A DNA stretch of 30,363 bases from Thermoplasmatota archaeon (GCA_035527635.1 DATLAF010000187.1:1-30363), one strand, 5' to 3'. Counted from the first letter of the stretch, positions 9,389 through 19,136 are shown. Program-made: numbers and translations. Notes: generated from the sequence alone by a model not told the origin.

Positions 9389-10991
9389 TAACAGTACTGT
9401 TTTTGATGGTGACGACACGTCCTCCATTCTCCTGTCCGCTCAAAGTAGCAGAATCTGTTTGAACGAACAACGGCCATGCAGAATAATTACTCGTCTCTTT
9501 TCCGTCAGCAGTGAACACATGATTTTCATGGGTATGCCCGGTTAGAACAAGAGAAACGTTCTTTGTAAGACAATAGGTGATGAATGCGCCTCGATTGTGC
9601 GCGATACATTCGTTATTACCACTGGGCAGGTCGTTTGGTATCGCACCGATACCGGTATCGTTCTCATTATTGACCGCGGGGTGATGCATTGAAATAATCT
9701 GGTTCATCTGATCATTGCCCCAGGCGTGTTCAAGAAGATACATCTGGGTTGACGTTAGACCGCTCCCTTCTGGTGTCGGGTTCCAGAGTTGTGGTTTAAT
9801 TTCCCATCTGCTGTATTCATAGCCTGAATCAAGGAAGACGAAGTTCATATTTCCATAGGTGACTGAGTAATCGCTTAAAGGATTGAGAAAACGATGATAT
9901 GGGGTAAGATTGGTAAATGGGAAATACAAGAAGAGGAGGCTGTTACCGTACCGCTCATGGTTCCCTGGTGTGGTATAGACCGGAGAGTCGCTAGATAGAA
10001 TTGCTTCTTGCAGATCAGCATAGACATTCCGTCTGGATTTCTGGTTGTACCAATCCACTGAATCGCCAGTAAGGATAACGAAATCAGGGCGGAGGTTGTC
10101 ATTAAGGTAGGTGAAGAGGCGGATCAGCTCTTTTTTCTTGTTGATGAAATTTGCGTATTTCCCGATATGGATATCGGTGAGTTGAACCACCGTATACTCG
10201 CTTGGCTTGGTGTTTTGTATTTTTACCGCATGTGGCCAACTGTAATTCCTTTTTGTTGTTGTCACCGAGATATTATAGAATCCATCAGGGATACTGTCAA
10301 TGGTATAGGATGCGATTAGTTCGTCTTCGAGGATGTCTGTCCCTGCTTTGATCCAGGTCTGCCACAGCGCAGAGTTGTTCTCGACATGATAGTACGAGCT
10401 ACTATCGATATCTTGTAATTCTACTTGGAGTATCTGGGCTAGTTCTTCAGAAGTGTTTCGTTCCTCTGAGATTGTTACAACCATCTGATTTGTATCGCTC
10501 TTAATTATAATCGAAGGACATCCTAGGGAAGGGGCGATGATTCCTTCAACATCAAAACTAACGCTGATATTCAGTTGTTTCTCAGGAAATGCACCTGCGA
10601 CGACATGGAACGTATGATTGCCAACAACCGATGGATACCATGCTATTTTCTTGGTGTACTGTGGTAATTTTCCCACAGTTATATTAATTTGTTTTTCCGT
10701 GACAATCCCAGAACACCATGTTATTTCACCTGTGGTGGCGACCAAGCCGTTGAACTCATCGGTCACTACCACTGTCTCGTTAAATCGTTGTCCTGCGTTT
10801 CCCTGAACAGTGACCAAGAGATATACCGGTTGACCTAACATTGGATAAGGATCAGAACAGGATAACGCAATAATTTCGCCAGGATACGTAGGTTCTGCTT
10901 TTCTAATAACCGCACCTGTACCCACGGTAGATAAACTCCAGACGGGGAATATAAGCAAGAGTATACTGAGGAGGGCTGCTATTTTCTTCAT
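9360..10991 (-). CDS. Secreted calcineurin-like metallophosphoesterase with N-terminal beta-rich domains
   Basis: Signal peptide MKKIAALLSILLLIF; metal motifs DIHIG, GDSVD, GNHE, HHP, GHTH. Confidence 0.85.
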   Translation of the reverse strand: MKKIAALLSILLLIFPVWSLSTVGTGAVIRKAEPTYPGEIIALSCSDPYPMLGQPVYLLVTVQGNAGQRFNETVVVTDEFNGLVATTGEITWCSGIVTEKQINITVGKLPQYTKKIAWYPSVVGNHTFHVVAGAFPEKQLNISVSFDVEGIIAPSLGCPSIIIKSDTNQMVVTISEERNTSEELAQILQVELQDIDSSSYYHVENNSALWQTWIKAGTDILEDELIASYTIDSIPDGFYNISVTTTKRNYSWPHAVKIQNTKPSEYTVVQLTDIHIGKYANFINKKKELIRLFTYLNDNLRPDFVILTGDSVDWYNQKSRRNVYADLQEAILSSDSPVYTTPGNHERYGNSLLFLYFPFTNLTPYHRFLNPLSDYSVTYGNMNFVFLDSGYEYSRWEIKPQLWNPTPEGSGLTSTQMYLLEHAWGNDQMNQIISMHHPAVNNENDTGIGAIPNDLPSGNNECIAHNRGAFITYCLTKNVSLVLTGHTHENHVFTADGKETSNYSAWPLFVQTDSATLSGQENGGRVVTIKNSTVISYEYLPFQ

Positions 10992-11158
10992 GTTCAAACG
11001 TCTTTACAACAGTATAATTATGGTTGGTGTATTATAAATAATTTGAGGTAGAAAAGCGAAATCTCCTCAAGAAATAAATATTTCTTACATTCAAGATTTT
11101 TTTCGCTCCAATTCAATCCAAACATTTCTAAACAAAAATTGCATTACATACTGGTAAT

Positions 11159-11719
11159 ATGGACGATATACCAAAGATAGGCATTACAGGCATGCCAAGC
11201 GTTGGAAAAACACAGACGCTGATTAAGATCATCGAGAAAATTGAAAAAAGTGGCTATAAGCTTCAAGGGATGATTACCACCCCGCTCATTGAAAAGAAAA
11301 AACGGGTGGGTTTTTATGTAGAGGATTGGCAGACCAAAGAAAAAGAAGTCTTTGCCCGTCTTGATTTGGACTCAAAGGATAAGGTGGGAAAATACGGTGT
11401 TGACCTCGCGGCACTAGAGAGAGTTGGTGTCCATGCGATAGAAAAAGCGATCAACGATGAAAACGTTGATATCATTGTCATTGATGAAATCGGAAAGATG
11501 GAGATGCTCTCTGAGAAGTTCTGTGAAATGGTCATCGAGGCACTTGATTCTGACAAACCAATCATGGTGACGCTACATAAGAAATCACGGACCCCGCTTC
11601 TACAGGATATCCGCCGACGTGATGATATCCGCATCCTTGAGGTGACTGCGGTGAATCGGAATCTGCTCCCGTATAAGATTGAAAAAATCATGGCTGAGAA
11701 ACTCCCGCCCTTGTTTTAA
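11159..11719 (+). CDS. Nucleoside-triphosphatase THEP1 family
   Basis: Walker A GMPSVGKT, Walker B IVIDEIGKME, VGKYGVD. Confidence 0.92.
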   Translation: MDDIPKIGITGMPSVGKTQTLIKIIEKIEKSGYKLQGMITTPLIEKKKRVGFYVEDWQTKEKEVFARLDLDSKDKVGKYGVDLAALERVGVHAIEKAINDENVDIIVIDEIGKMEMLSEKFCEMVIEALDSDKPIMVTLHKKSRTPLLQDIRRRDDIRILEVTAVNRNLLPYKIEKIMAEKLPPLF

Positions 11720-11721
11720 CC

Positions 11722-12825
11722 ATGAACGACAAGCCACTGGATATTGTCAAAGAAGGAACCACTGAGCTTTTTGTGTATAAAAAAAAGACGTCAGCAAAAG
11801 GACCAAGCGCACGAGACCAGATGCCATTCTATAACCCGTCCATGGAGTTAAACCGAGATGTATCCATCCTTGTCAATCAATGGCTGCTGAACGTAAGTAC
11901 AAAGCAGGTTCATATCTTGGACGGACTGGCAGCATCTGGGATCAGAGGTATAAGACTTGCCCATGAGCTCGAAGGAGATTTTGAGGTAACGATCAATGAT
12001 TGGAATGACCAATCGTTCTTACTGATCCAGCAGAACATCCAAAAAAGCTCATTGCAGAACATCTCCATGTTCCAACGAGATCTCAACAGCCTCCTCTCAG
12101 AGCGTCGATACAACTCTATCGATATCGACCCGTTCGGCTCACCAGTGTATTTTCTAGACGCTGCTGTAAGAAGTGTGTACAACAAAGGAGTCATTGCGTG
12201 CACCGCGACAGATACTGCTGCACTCTGTGGAGTGTTCCCCCAGGTGTGTTATCGACGGTACGGCGCCTGGCCGCTTCATAGCCCCTCAATGCATGAAATA
12301 GGATTACGAATACTCCTTGGTTTTATCTGTCGTGAGGCTGCGAAATACGACCGCGGCATCGAACCACTGCTCTGTTACACGACTGATCATTATATACGGA
12401 TATATGTACAAATCATTAACGGAAAAAACGCTGCCAATTCATCCATGGCACAGTTTTTAAGTATCCCTGCAAGAGACATCCCTCTCTCCAAGGGAAACAC
12501 CACCGTGGTTGGACCGTTATGGATGGGGAAGCTGCAGAAAAAACCGATACTCCAAGAGATACGAACCATTATGTCATCTAAAACATTGAGCACAAAAAAC
12601 ATACTCTGGAACCTCTTATATCTCCTGGAAGAAGAATCGGATGCGCCACCGTTTTTCTACACGACCAATGACTTGTCCTCCCTGCTAAAACAATCGCCAC
12701 CGACCATGGACCATATCTTTGAGCACTTGAGAAACAAAGGTTTTATCGCAACCAAGACCCATTGTACTCCAACAGGATTTAAGACAAACGCTCCTCTTGA
12801 TGTCATCACAGAAGTTTTTAAATAA
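11722..12825 (+). CDS. trm1: tRNA (guanine-26-N2)-dimethyltransferase
   Basis: FYNPSMELNRD, DGLAASGIRGIR, IDIDPFGSP, TATDTAALCG, GPLWMG. Confidence 0.95.
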   Translation: MNDKPLDIVKEGTTELFVYKKKTSAKGPSARDQMPFYNPSMELNRDVSILVNQWLLNVSTKQVHILDGLAASGIRGIRLAHELEGDFEVTINDWNDQSFLLIQQNIQKSSLQNISMFQRDLNSLLSERRYNSIDIDPFGSPVYFLDAAVRSVYNKGVIACTATDTAALCGVFPQVCYRRYGAWPLHSPSMHEIGLRILLGFICREAAKYDRGIEPLLCYTTDHYIRIYVQIINGKNAANSSMAQFLSIPARDIPLSKGNTTVVGPLWMGKLQKKPILQEIRTIMSSKTLSTKNILWNLLYLLEEESDAPPFFYTTNDLSSLLKQSPPTMDHIFEHLRNKGFIATKTHCTPTGFKTNAPLDVITEVFK

Positions 12826-12844
12826 CAAAGGATATCACTGACCC

Positions 12845-13525
12845 ATGAAAATGACGCCAAAGAAGCTTTCCGTTGGTGTGCTTGCCTCTGGTTCTGGGAC
12901 TGACCTTCAAAGCATCATCGATGCAGCAGAAAACAAAATGATTGATGCAGATGTTGTTGTGGTGATCAGCGATAGAAAAGATGCATTTGCATTGAGCCGG
13001 GCATACACACATCATATCCCAGGATTTTTTATTGATCCAAAAGGAAAAGACCGCATTGCTCATGAAAACGAAATCGATGCGGTTCTTCGCAGTCATCATG
13101 TAGAGCTTGTCGTTGGTGCTGGGTACATGCGATTGCTTTCACCGGTGTTTGTGAAAAAATGGCATCATAAACTCATTAATATTCATCCAACGCTTCTCCC
13201 GTCCTTCAAAGGAACCAATGGCCAACGTGATGCACTCCAATATGGGGTGAAACTCTCTGGGTGTACTACTCATTTCATCGACACTGAAATGGATCATGGT
13301 CCGATAATCCTACAAGCAGCGGTAAAAGTACTCCCTGATGATGATCGGGATGCTCTTGCTGCCCGCATTCTCGCTGTTGAACATCAGATACTCCCCCGTA
13401 CGATACAACTGTACGCACAGAGACGACTCCTCGTTAAAGATCGCGGCGTAGTCATCCTTCCTGGTGATTCATGGAAAAAGAAACATAAGGTACTCCCCGA
13501 TGTGCTCTATTCAGAAGGATACTAA
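12845..13525 (+). CDS. purN: Phosphoribosylglycinamide formyltransferase (folate-dependent)
   Basis: SGSGTDLQ, AGYMRLL, INIHPTLLPSF, SGCTTHF, DHGPII. Confidence 0.95.
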   Translation: MKMTPKKLSVGVLASGSGTDLQSIIDAAENKMIDADVVVVISDRKDAFALSRAYTHHIPGFFIDPKGKDRIAHENEIDAVLRSHHVELVVGAGYMRLLSPVFVKKWHHKLINIHPTLLPSFKGTNGQRDALQYGVKLSGCTTHFIDTEMDHGPIILQAAVKVLPDDDRDALAARILAVEHQILPRTIQLYAQRRLLVKDRGVVILPGDSWKKKHKVLPDVLYSEGY

Positions 13526-14831
13526 AACCATCTCTCATACGGATGCACTTGAATGGCTGTACAGCTTTGACAAGTACGGGTGGATTTTCGGTCTTGAGCG
13601 GATTACTTTTCTTCTTGAACAGCTTGGGAATCCTCACAGAGAGTTAAAAATCATTCATGTCGCAGGGACCAATGGGAAAGGATCAGTCTGCAAGTACATC
13701 AGCTCCATTCTTCAGAAAGCGGGCTACACCGTTGGACTGTATCTTTCGCCTCATATCGAGCGTTTTTCAGAACGGATTGTCATAAACGATGAGGAAATCC
13801 CTGAAGAAGACCTCGCGATGCTTGTTGCACAGGTCAGACCACTTGTCGAGGAAATGAAACAAAACGATAATACTCCAACCTTTTTTGAGATTGTTACCTC
13901 CCTTGCGTTCCTCTATTTCAAGGACCGTGCTGTTGACTACGCAGTCGTCGAGGTTGGGCTTGGAGGGAGATTTGATGCGACAAACGTGGTGACACCGCTG
14001 GTATCGGTGATTACGAACATTTCCCTAGAACATACCGATATCCTTGGAAAAGATATCGCATCAATCGCATTGGAAAAGTCAGGGATTATCAAAGACCAGA
14101 TACCAGTAATTACTGCAGCAACGCAGGATGCACGTGAAACCATCGAACATGTTGCAAAGCAGCGGAACGCACCGCTTACAGGTATTGACCCCGCCATGTG
14201 GAAGCGAATATCTTTTAAGGAGGGCTGCCAAGTTTTTGTTATTCATGGTTCATTTAAAGATTATACCGTGAAAACCTCTCTACTGGGCAAGCATCAGGGT
14301 GAAAATATAGCGGTGGCTATTTCTGCGATTGAACAGGTACAGATGAGCGGTGTGTACGTCAGTGATAATGATATTCTCGATGGTGTTGCTGATGTTACCT
14401 ATCCGGGGCGCATGGAGATCGTTTCAGAAAAACCATTCATTCTGCTTGATGGGGCGCATAACCCGGATGGGATGAACATGCTAACAAAAACAATAAAGGA
14501 GGATTTTTCCTCCCATCGACTCATCTTAATTCTTGGTGTGTTGAAAGAGAAAGATATCAAAACGATGGTGTCAGCAATAGCTCCTCTTTCCGATGTCATC
14601 ATCGTTATCAAATCAACAAACCCCCGAACATCTGACCCATTAGTATTAAAGCAGATTATTGAAAGCGTTGACCCAAACAAAAAGATCTATGTCGAAGCGT
14701 CAATCCCTGGAGCAATCGATCATGCGAAACGTCTTGCAGAACAAAAAGACATGATCTGTGTTTCTGGGTCGTTGTTTACGGTCGGAGAGGCCCGCAGTTA
14801 TCTTCTCTCTGGTCATGTTATATCTTCGTAG
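13500..14831 (+). CDS. folC: Folylpolyglutamate synthase/dihydrofolate synthase
   Basis: HVAGTNGKGS, SPHI, TFFE, EVGLGGRFDATNV, LDGAHNP, GSLFTVG. Start uncertain: ATG 13500 or ATC 13530. Confidence 0.93.
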   Translation: MCSIQKDTKTISHTDALEWLYSFDKYGWIFGLERITFLLEQLGNPHRELKIIHVAGTNGKGSVCKYISSILQKAGYTVGLYLSPHIERFSERIVINDEEIPEEDLAMLVAQVRPLVEEMKQNDNTPTFFEIVTSLAFLYFKDRAVDYAVVEVGLGGRFDATNVVTPLVSVITNISLEHTDILGKDIASIALEKSGIIKDQIPVITAATQDARETIEHVAKQRNAPLTGIDPAMWKRISFKEGCQVFVIHGSFKDYTVKTSLLGKHQGENIAVAISAIEQVQMSGVYVSDNDILDGVADVTYPGRMEIVSEKPFILLDGAHNPDGMNMLTKTIKEDFSSHRLILILGVLKEKDIKTMVSAIAPLSDVIIVIKSTNPRTSDPLVLKQIIESVDPNKKIYVEASIPGAIDHAKRLAEQKDMICVSGSLFTVGEARSYLLSGHVISS

Positions 14832-14839
14832 TCGTTGTC

Positions 14840-15565
14840 CTAGAGATTGATTTTTCTAAGAATCTCGGTAAGGTTTTTCATTGTCTGTGTTCGGGCGAGA
14901 TGATCAGCATTCCCTATTGCTTCTTCAAGTGATTCATCAAAATGAATTTTCCCAAGATACCGTAGCTTTAATTTTTTAACTTCCTGTTCTATAAACGAGG
15001 AGTCTGTCATTGTCATATTTTCTATAACACCAAGCACTGGTTTTTTTAGTTCTATTAAAATTTTTAATAGCTTACTGACCGCACCCATCGCTACCTTCGA
15101 CGGTGTCGTTACCACCAGAAACTCACTTTTTTTCATGTACCGGATCACATCAAGGGTTTCATCACCAATACCTGGCGGCATGTCGATAATCAGAAAGTCC
15201 AAAGACCCCCATTGAGTAATCGCAAGTAACTCCAGGATGATATTTGAAATATCGATCCCCCGGAATGGAGATGGTTTCTCTTCTGTGAAATAGACAATGG
15301 ACATGAAAGAAATCCCATGTACCAATGGTGGGATGATCCCTTTGTCCTCTGTTGGGAATTCTTTTTTGACGCCAAGGATGATATGAGAGGATGGTCCGTA
15401 TAAGTCAAGGTCAAGAAGCCCAACCTTACATCCTTTATGTGCGAGATGGAGTGCAAGACTTGAGGCGATTAGACTTTTTCCCACGCCGCCTTTCCCGCTT
15501 GCAACCGCGATGATTCTTTTGATGTTTTTCAAGCGTTTCTCAATGACACTGGTTCGTGGTTCCAT
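14840..15565 (-). CDS. hypB: ATPase-type HypB (Mrp/MinD family, Thermococcales-like)
   Basis: SGKGGVGKS, LLDLDLYG, IDMPPG, VIENM. N-terminus EPR...KRIIAV and motif EFPTEDKGIIPP recall T. kodakarensis HypB. Directly downstream of hypA. Confidence 0.8.
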   Translation of the reverse strand: MEPRTSVIEKRLKNIKRIIAVASGKGGVGKSLIASSLALHLAHKGCKVGLLDLDLYGPSSHIILGVKKEFPTEDKGIIPPLVHGISFMSIVYFTEEKPSPFRGIDISNIILELLAITQWGSLDFLIIDMPPGIGDETLDVIRYMKKSEFLVVTTPSKVAMGAVSKLLKILIELKKPVLGVIENMTMTDSSFIEQEVKKLKLRYLGKIHFDESLEEAIGNADHLARTQTMKNLTEILRKINL

Positions 15566-15567
15566 GG

Positions 15568-15981
15568 TTATCGCAATCCTTTGATGGATGAAAGCAAGAC
15601 CCCTCGTCCTTTCGTAATCTCAAAATCCGGGCTTCCACAGTTAGGGCATCGCGAATGAACAAACACGACCTCCGGGATGAAATGAATCGACTCAGATTCT
15701 GTTTCCTTGAATTTCTTTTTCATGTCACTGTATTTCCAGCTATGATCACAGGTTTTACAGGTCAGCGTGCTATTTTCTGTCCTCAGATGAAACGCGTTGT
15801 TTTTTATTGTCAGCTTCTGTTGTTTTGCTATCTCGTTGAGCGCGAAGAGGAAAATCTCTTTTTCTATCTGTTGTAATTCACCGATGTGAACCGTGATTTC
15901 TGTGATTGACTTTAGCTTTTCTTTCTGTGCGGCCTCTACGGCAGCCATGACGATTGATTCAGCAAGTGCCCATTCATGCAT
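15568..15981 (-). CDS. hypA: Hydrogenase nickel metallochaperone HypA
   Basis: N-terminal MHE motif (ATG 15981), GELQQI, CKTC...CPNC zinc site. Confidence 0.95.
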   Translation of the reverse strand: MHEWALAESIVMAAVEAAQKEKLKSITEITVHIGELQQIEKEIFLFALNEIAKQQKLTIKNNAFHLRTENSTLTCKTCDHSWKYSDMKKKFKETESESIHFIPEVVFVHSRCPNCGSPDFEITKGRGVLLSSIKGLR

Positions 15982-16097
15982 ACAGAAACCGGATACAGGA
16001 GGTGATGGTTTAAATGTTACGAAACACAAACCTCTTGTATCCGTAATCTTAGAGATTTATATAGAAGGAGATGTTTCTTGCCTGGGAGGTAGCGGCC

Positions 16098-16520
16098 ATG
16101 GAGAAAAAGGAAGTGAAAAAATCTGAGGATGAATGGAAGAAGGTTCTTACGTCCGAAGAGTTTTCAGTGCTCCGGAAGAAGGGGACAGAACCGCCGTTCA
16201 GTGGACGGTATGTTCATCAGACCGAGGAGGGACCCTACGGGTGCGCTGGATGTGGTAATCCGTTGTTCTCCTCAAAAACGAAGTTTGATTCAGGCAGCGG
16301 GTGGCCAAGTTTTTTTGACTCGGTCTCTCCAAACGCAGTGGAGCTCAAAGCTGATATAAGCCATGGGATGAGGCGAACCGAGGTGGTGTGCGCTCGGTGC
16401 GGGAGGCATCTTGGGCATGTGTTTGATGATGGCCCAGCCCCGACGGGTCAGCGGTATTGTATGAACTTGGTCTCACTGCAGTTTCAGAGAAAAAAGGATG
16501 AGACAAAAACAAAAGCTTAG
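16098..16520 (+). CDS. msrB: Peptide-methionine (R)-S-oxide reductase
   Basis: GTEPPFSG, CAGC/CARC zinc site, SGWPSF, HLGHVFDDGP, RYCMN; GGAGGT RBS before ATG 16098. Confidence 0.95.
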   Translation: MEKKEVKKSEDEWKKVLTSEEFSVLRKKGTEPPFSGRYVHQTEEGPYGCAGCGNPLFSSKTKFDSGSGWPSFFDSVSPNAVELKADISHGMRRTEVVCARCGRHLGHVFDDGPAPTGQRYCMNLVSLQFQRKKDETKTKA

Positions 16521-17110
16521 TGTACTTCTAATATCCGGTCTATGAAAGAAAATGCCAGGTCTAGGAGTTGATCGTAACCCGTCTCGGTCTTGACTACTCT
16601 GGGCACCTCGACCTGTAACCATGTGCCATGGATGCTGACCCGGGGTTTATCCTGTTTCATCTCCAATAGTTTACTTTGCAGGCTGAAATTAAGCAGATTT
16701 CGTGCGAATAGTTCATCCTGTGTTTTTATCTGATATTCCCGGTCGAAATCATCGATCCCTAGTTCAACGTCTGATGCACCGAGTTTTTTCCCTAGGCGTG
16801 TACCGACCGATTCTTTTTGGATGGTAAGGTCCTGTGGGACTGGTGTATGTAAGGTGACATTGGCCTGGGTTTTTGCATGACGGTATTTGCTTCCTGGTAC
16901 GGATGTTACCACGACAGGAACCTCCTTGTATGTAAGTTTTAGCCGGGGTAACAGGAATGCTCCTACGACGGTACCGTTTCTTTTTGTCGCCTGGTGTTCC
17001 ATGAGTCGTTTAATTGCCCGGTACCGCCACAGCGAAAGGATGATGACGAGTGGAAAAATTCCAAGTACGAAGCCGAGATACAGAATAAAAACCCAGTCGA
17101 CATCCATCAA
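16517..17110 (-). CDS. Hypothetical protein with one N-terminal TM helix
   Basis: 197-aa ORF with a hydrophobic N-terminus then a soluble domain; 4-nt stop overlap with msrB. Confidence 0.7.
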   Translation of the reverse strand: MMDVDWVFILYLGFVLGIFPLVIILSLWRYRAIKRLMEHQATKRNGTVVGAFLLPRLKLTYKEVPVVVTSVPGSKYRHAKTQANVTLHTPVPQDLTIQKESVGTRLGKKLGASDVELGIDDFDREYQIKTQDELFARNLLNFSLQSKLLEMKQDKPRVSIHGTWLQVEVPRVVKTETGYDQLLDLAFSFIDRILEVH

Positions 17111-17243
17111 AGCCGCCTCTGGTCTTACATCGTTCCTCTAATTAATAAGTGCTTTGTCTTATTGTTTCGTTTTTTGGTAGTTTTTATTTTCTTCGCAGAA
17201 AAAAAGAAAAACTCAGATGAATTACTGCTTGCTGATTATCGCG

Positions 17244-18278
17244 ATGAAATACGAAGTCAAAGACGAAAAAAAGGAAGTACTGTCAGAACCAATCAAACAC
17301 ATTGACATCAAGACGTTCAACCCTATCCCGCTGATTGAAGCCTTTGATCATATGGCCTTTCAGTCAAGGAACCTGGCCAACGCCTGTAAAATCTTCACGA
17401 CGATGCTTGAAGATACCGAATGCTCTATTATTCTTTGTCTCGCTGGATCACTGGTCAGCGCAGGATTAAAAAACGTCATTGTCGAAATGATACGAAATAA
17501 TATGGTGGATGCGATTGTCTCCACAGGTGCAATCGTCGTCGATCAGGATTTCTTCGAAGGACTTGGGTTTCAGCATTACCGAGGGGAAGTACAGGTTGAT
17601 GACTCAAAGCTTCAGAAGATGCACATTGATAGGATCTATGATACCTTCATTGATGAGGATGATCTCCGTATCTGTGATATGACGACGAAAAAAATCGCTG
17701 ACGGGCTTCCCCCGCGACCGTATTCATCTCGGGAGTTCATCTATGAAATGGGGCGGTACCTCCACACACAGGGGAAGAACCATGACTCGTTTGTCCATGA
17801 AGCGTACAAACATGAAATCCCGATTTTCTGCCCAGCGTTTTCCGATTCAAGTGCTGGGTTTGGCTTGGTGTTCCATCAACATGAACGCAAGAATAACTAT
17901 CTGACGATCGATTCGGTGAAGGATTTCAGGGAACTTACTGAGTTAAAAGTCAAATCAAAACAAACCGGATTGTTAATGATCGGTGGGGGCGTGCCGAAGA
18001 ACTTCGTGCAAGACACGGTCGTCGCTGCAGATATCCTAGGAATCGATGCGCCCATGCATAAGTACGCGATACAACTCACCGTTGCTGATGAGCGTGATGG
18101 AGCATTATCTGGTTCGACGTTAAAGGAGGCGAACTCCTGGGGGAAAGTCGACACCGGCTATGAACAAATGGTGTACAGCGAAGCAACCATAACGTTCCCT
18201 CTTGTGGTAAGTTATGCGTACCATAAAGGTTCTTGGCAGAAGCGGAAACCACAGAAACTGAATCAGTTGTTCAAATAA
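17244..18278 (+). CDS. Deoxyhypusine synthase-like protein (bacterial/SpeY-like clade suspected)
   Basis: AGSLVSAG, STGA, RIYD, IFCPAFSDS, GGGVPKNF, GALSGSTLKEANSWGK with the catalytic Lys. Confidence 0.88.
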   Translation: MKYEVKDEKKEVLSEPIKHIDIKTFNPIPLIEAFDHMAFQSRNLANACKIFTTMLEDTECSIILCLAGSLVSAGLKNVIVEMIRNNMVDAIVSTGAIVVDQDFFEGLGFQHYRGEVQVDDSKLQKMHIDRIYDTFIDEDDLRICDMTTKKIADGLPPRPYSSREFIYEMGRYLHTQGKNHDSFVHEAYKHEIPIFCPAFSDSSAGFGLVFHQHERKNNYLTIDSVKDFRELTELKVKSKQTGLLMIGGGVPKNFVQDTVVAADILGIDAPMHKYAIQLTVADERDGALSGSTLKEANSWGKVDTGYEQMVYSEATITFPLVVSYAYHKGSWQKRKPQKLNQLFK

Positions 18279-18326
18279 GAATTCTCAGATAATCATTATA
18301 TAGGTCAGACATTTCTTGATTCTCCT

Positions 18327-19136
18327 GTGAAAACAACTCCACTCGCTAAACTGACCTTGCTGCAACAGATGATACGAGATTTGAAGAATTGCGCGATAGC
18401 GTATTCTGGCGGGCTCGATAGCACTTTTTTGATAAAAGTCGCGTACGACACACTTGGCACAAACGCTCTCGCGGTCACCGCAACCTCCTCAACCTACCCA
18501 CAGCGAGAATTAAAGGATGCGAAACGCTTTGCACAGACGATAGGGATCCCCCATGTCATTATTCATTCTGAAGAACTTGATATTTCTCAGTTCTCCGGTA
18601 ATCCTCCTGACCGCTGTTACTATTGTAAAAAAGAATTATTCCGTAAAATACAGCAGATTGCACAGGACCATCATCTTGATGCAGTCCTTGACGGGTCGAA
18701 CGCTGATGACATAATTGATTATCGACCTGGGGCGAAAGCATGCAAAGAACTTGGAATCATAAGTCCGCTAAAAGAGGTTGGGTTCACCAAACAAGAGATT
18801 AGAGACCTTTCATCCGCGATGCATTTGGAGAGTTCTGAGAAACCAGCGTTTGCGTGTCTTGCCTCCCGGTTCCCCTACGGGGTACAAATCACCAAAGAAC
18901 GACTTAAGGTGGTTGAATCTGCTGAGGAGTTTCTTTTCTCTTTAGGAATCCGACAATGCCGGGTGCGGTATCATGGTCAGATCGCGCGCATCGAAGTGGT
19001 ATCAGATGATTTTCAAACCATTCTTACCCATGCTCAAAAGATTGTAAAACGTTTTAAAAAACTTGGATTTACCTACAGCACCCTTGACCTTGAAGGGTAT
19101 CGGACCGGAAGTTTGAACGAGGTGCTTAAGAAATGA
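18327..19136 (+). CDS. larE: ATP-dependent sulfur transferase LarE ([4Fe-4S]-type cysteine pattern)
   Basis: PP-loop AYSGGLDS, RCYYCK, DYRPG, FACLASRFPYG, RVRYHG, GYRTGSLN; GTG start. Confidence 0.92.
   Translation: MKTTPLAKLTLLQQMIRDLKNCAIAYSGGLDSTFLIKVAYDTLGTNALAVTATSSTYPQRELKDAKRFAQTIGIPHVIIHSEELDISQFSGNPPDRCYYCKKELFRKIQQIAQDHHLDAVLDGSNADDIIDYRPGAKACKELGIISPLKEVGFTKQEIRDLSSAMHLESSEKPAFACLASRFPYGVQITKERLKVVESAEEFLFSLGIRQCRVRYHGQIARIEVVSDDFQTILTHAQKIVKRFKKLGFTYSTLDLEGYRTGSLNEVLKK

Noticed and set aside
9360-9450. Metallophosphoesterase as an ArtA substrate
   Set aside because: The C-terminus has no PGF motif, TM helix or basic tail.
16098-16520. Selenocysteine MsrB
   Set aside because: The catalytic position is a plain Cys (RYCMN) with no internal TGA.
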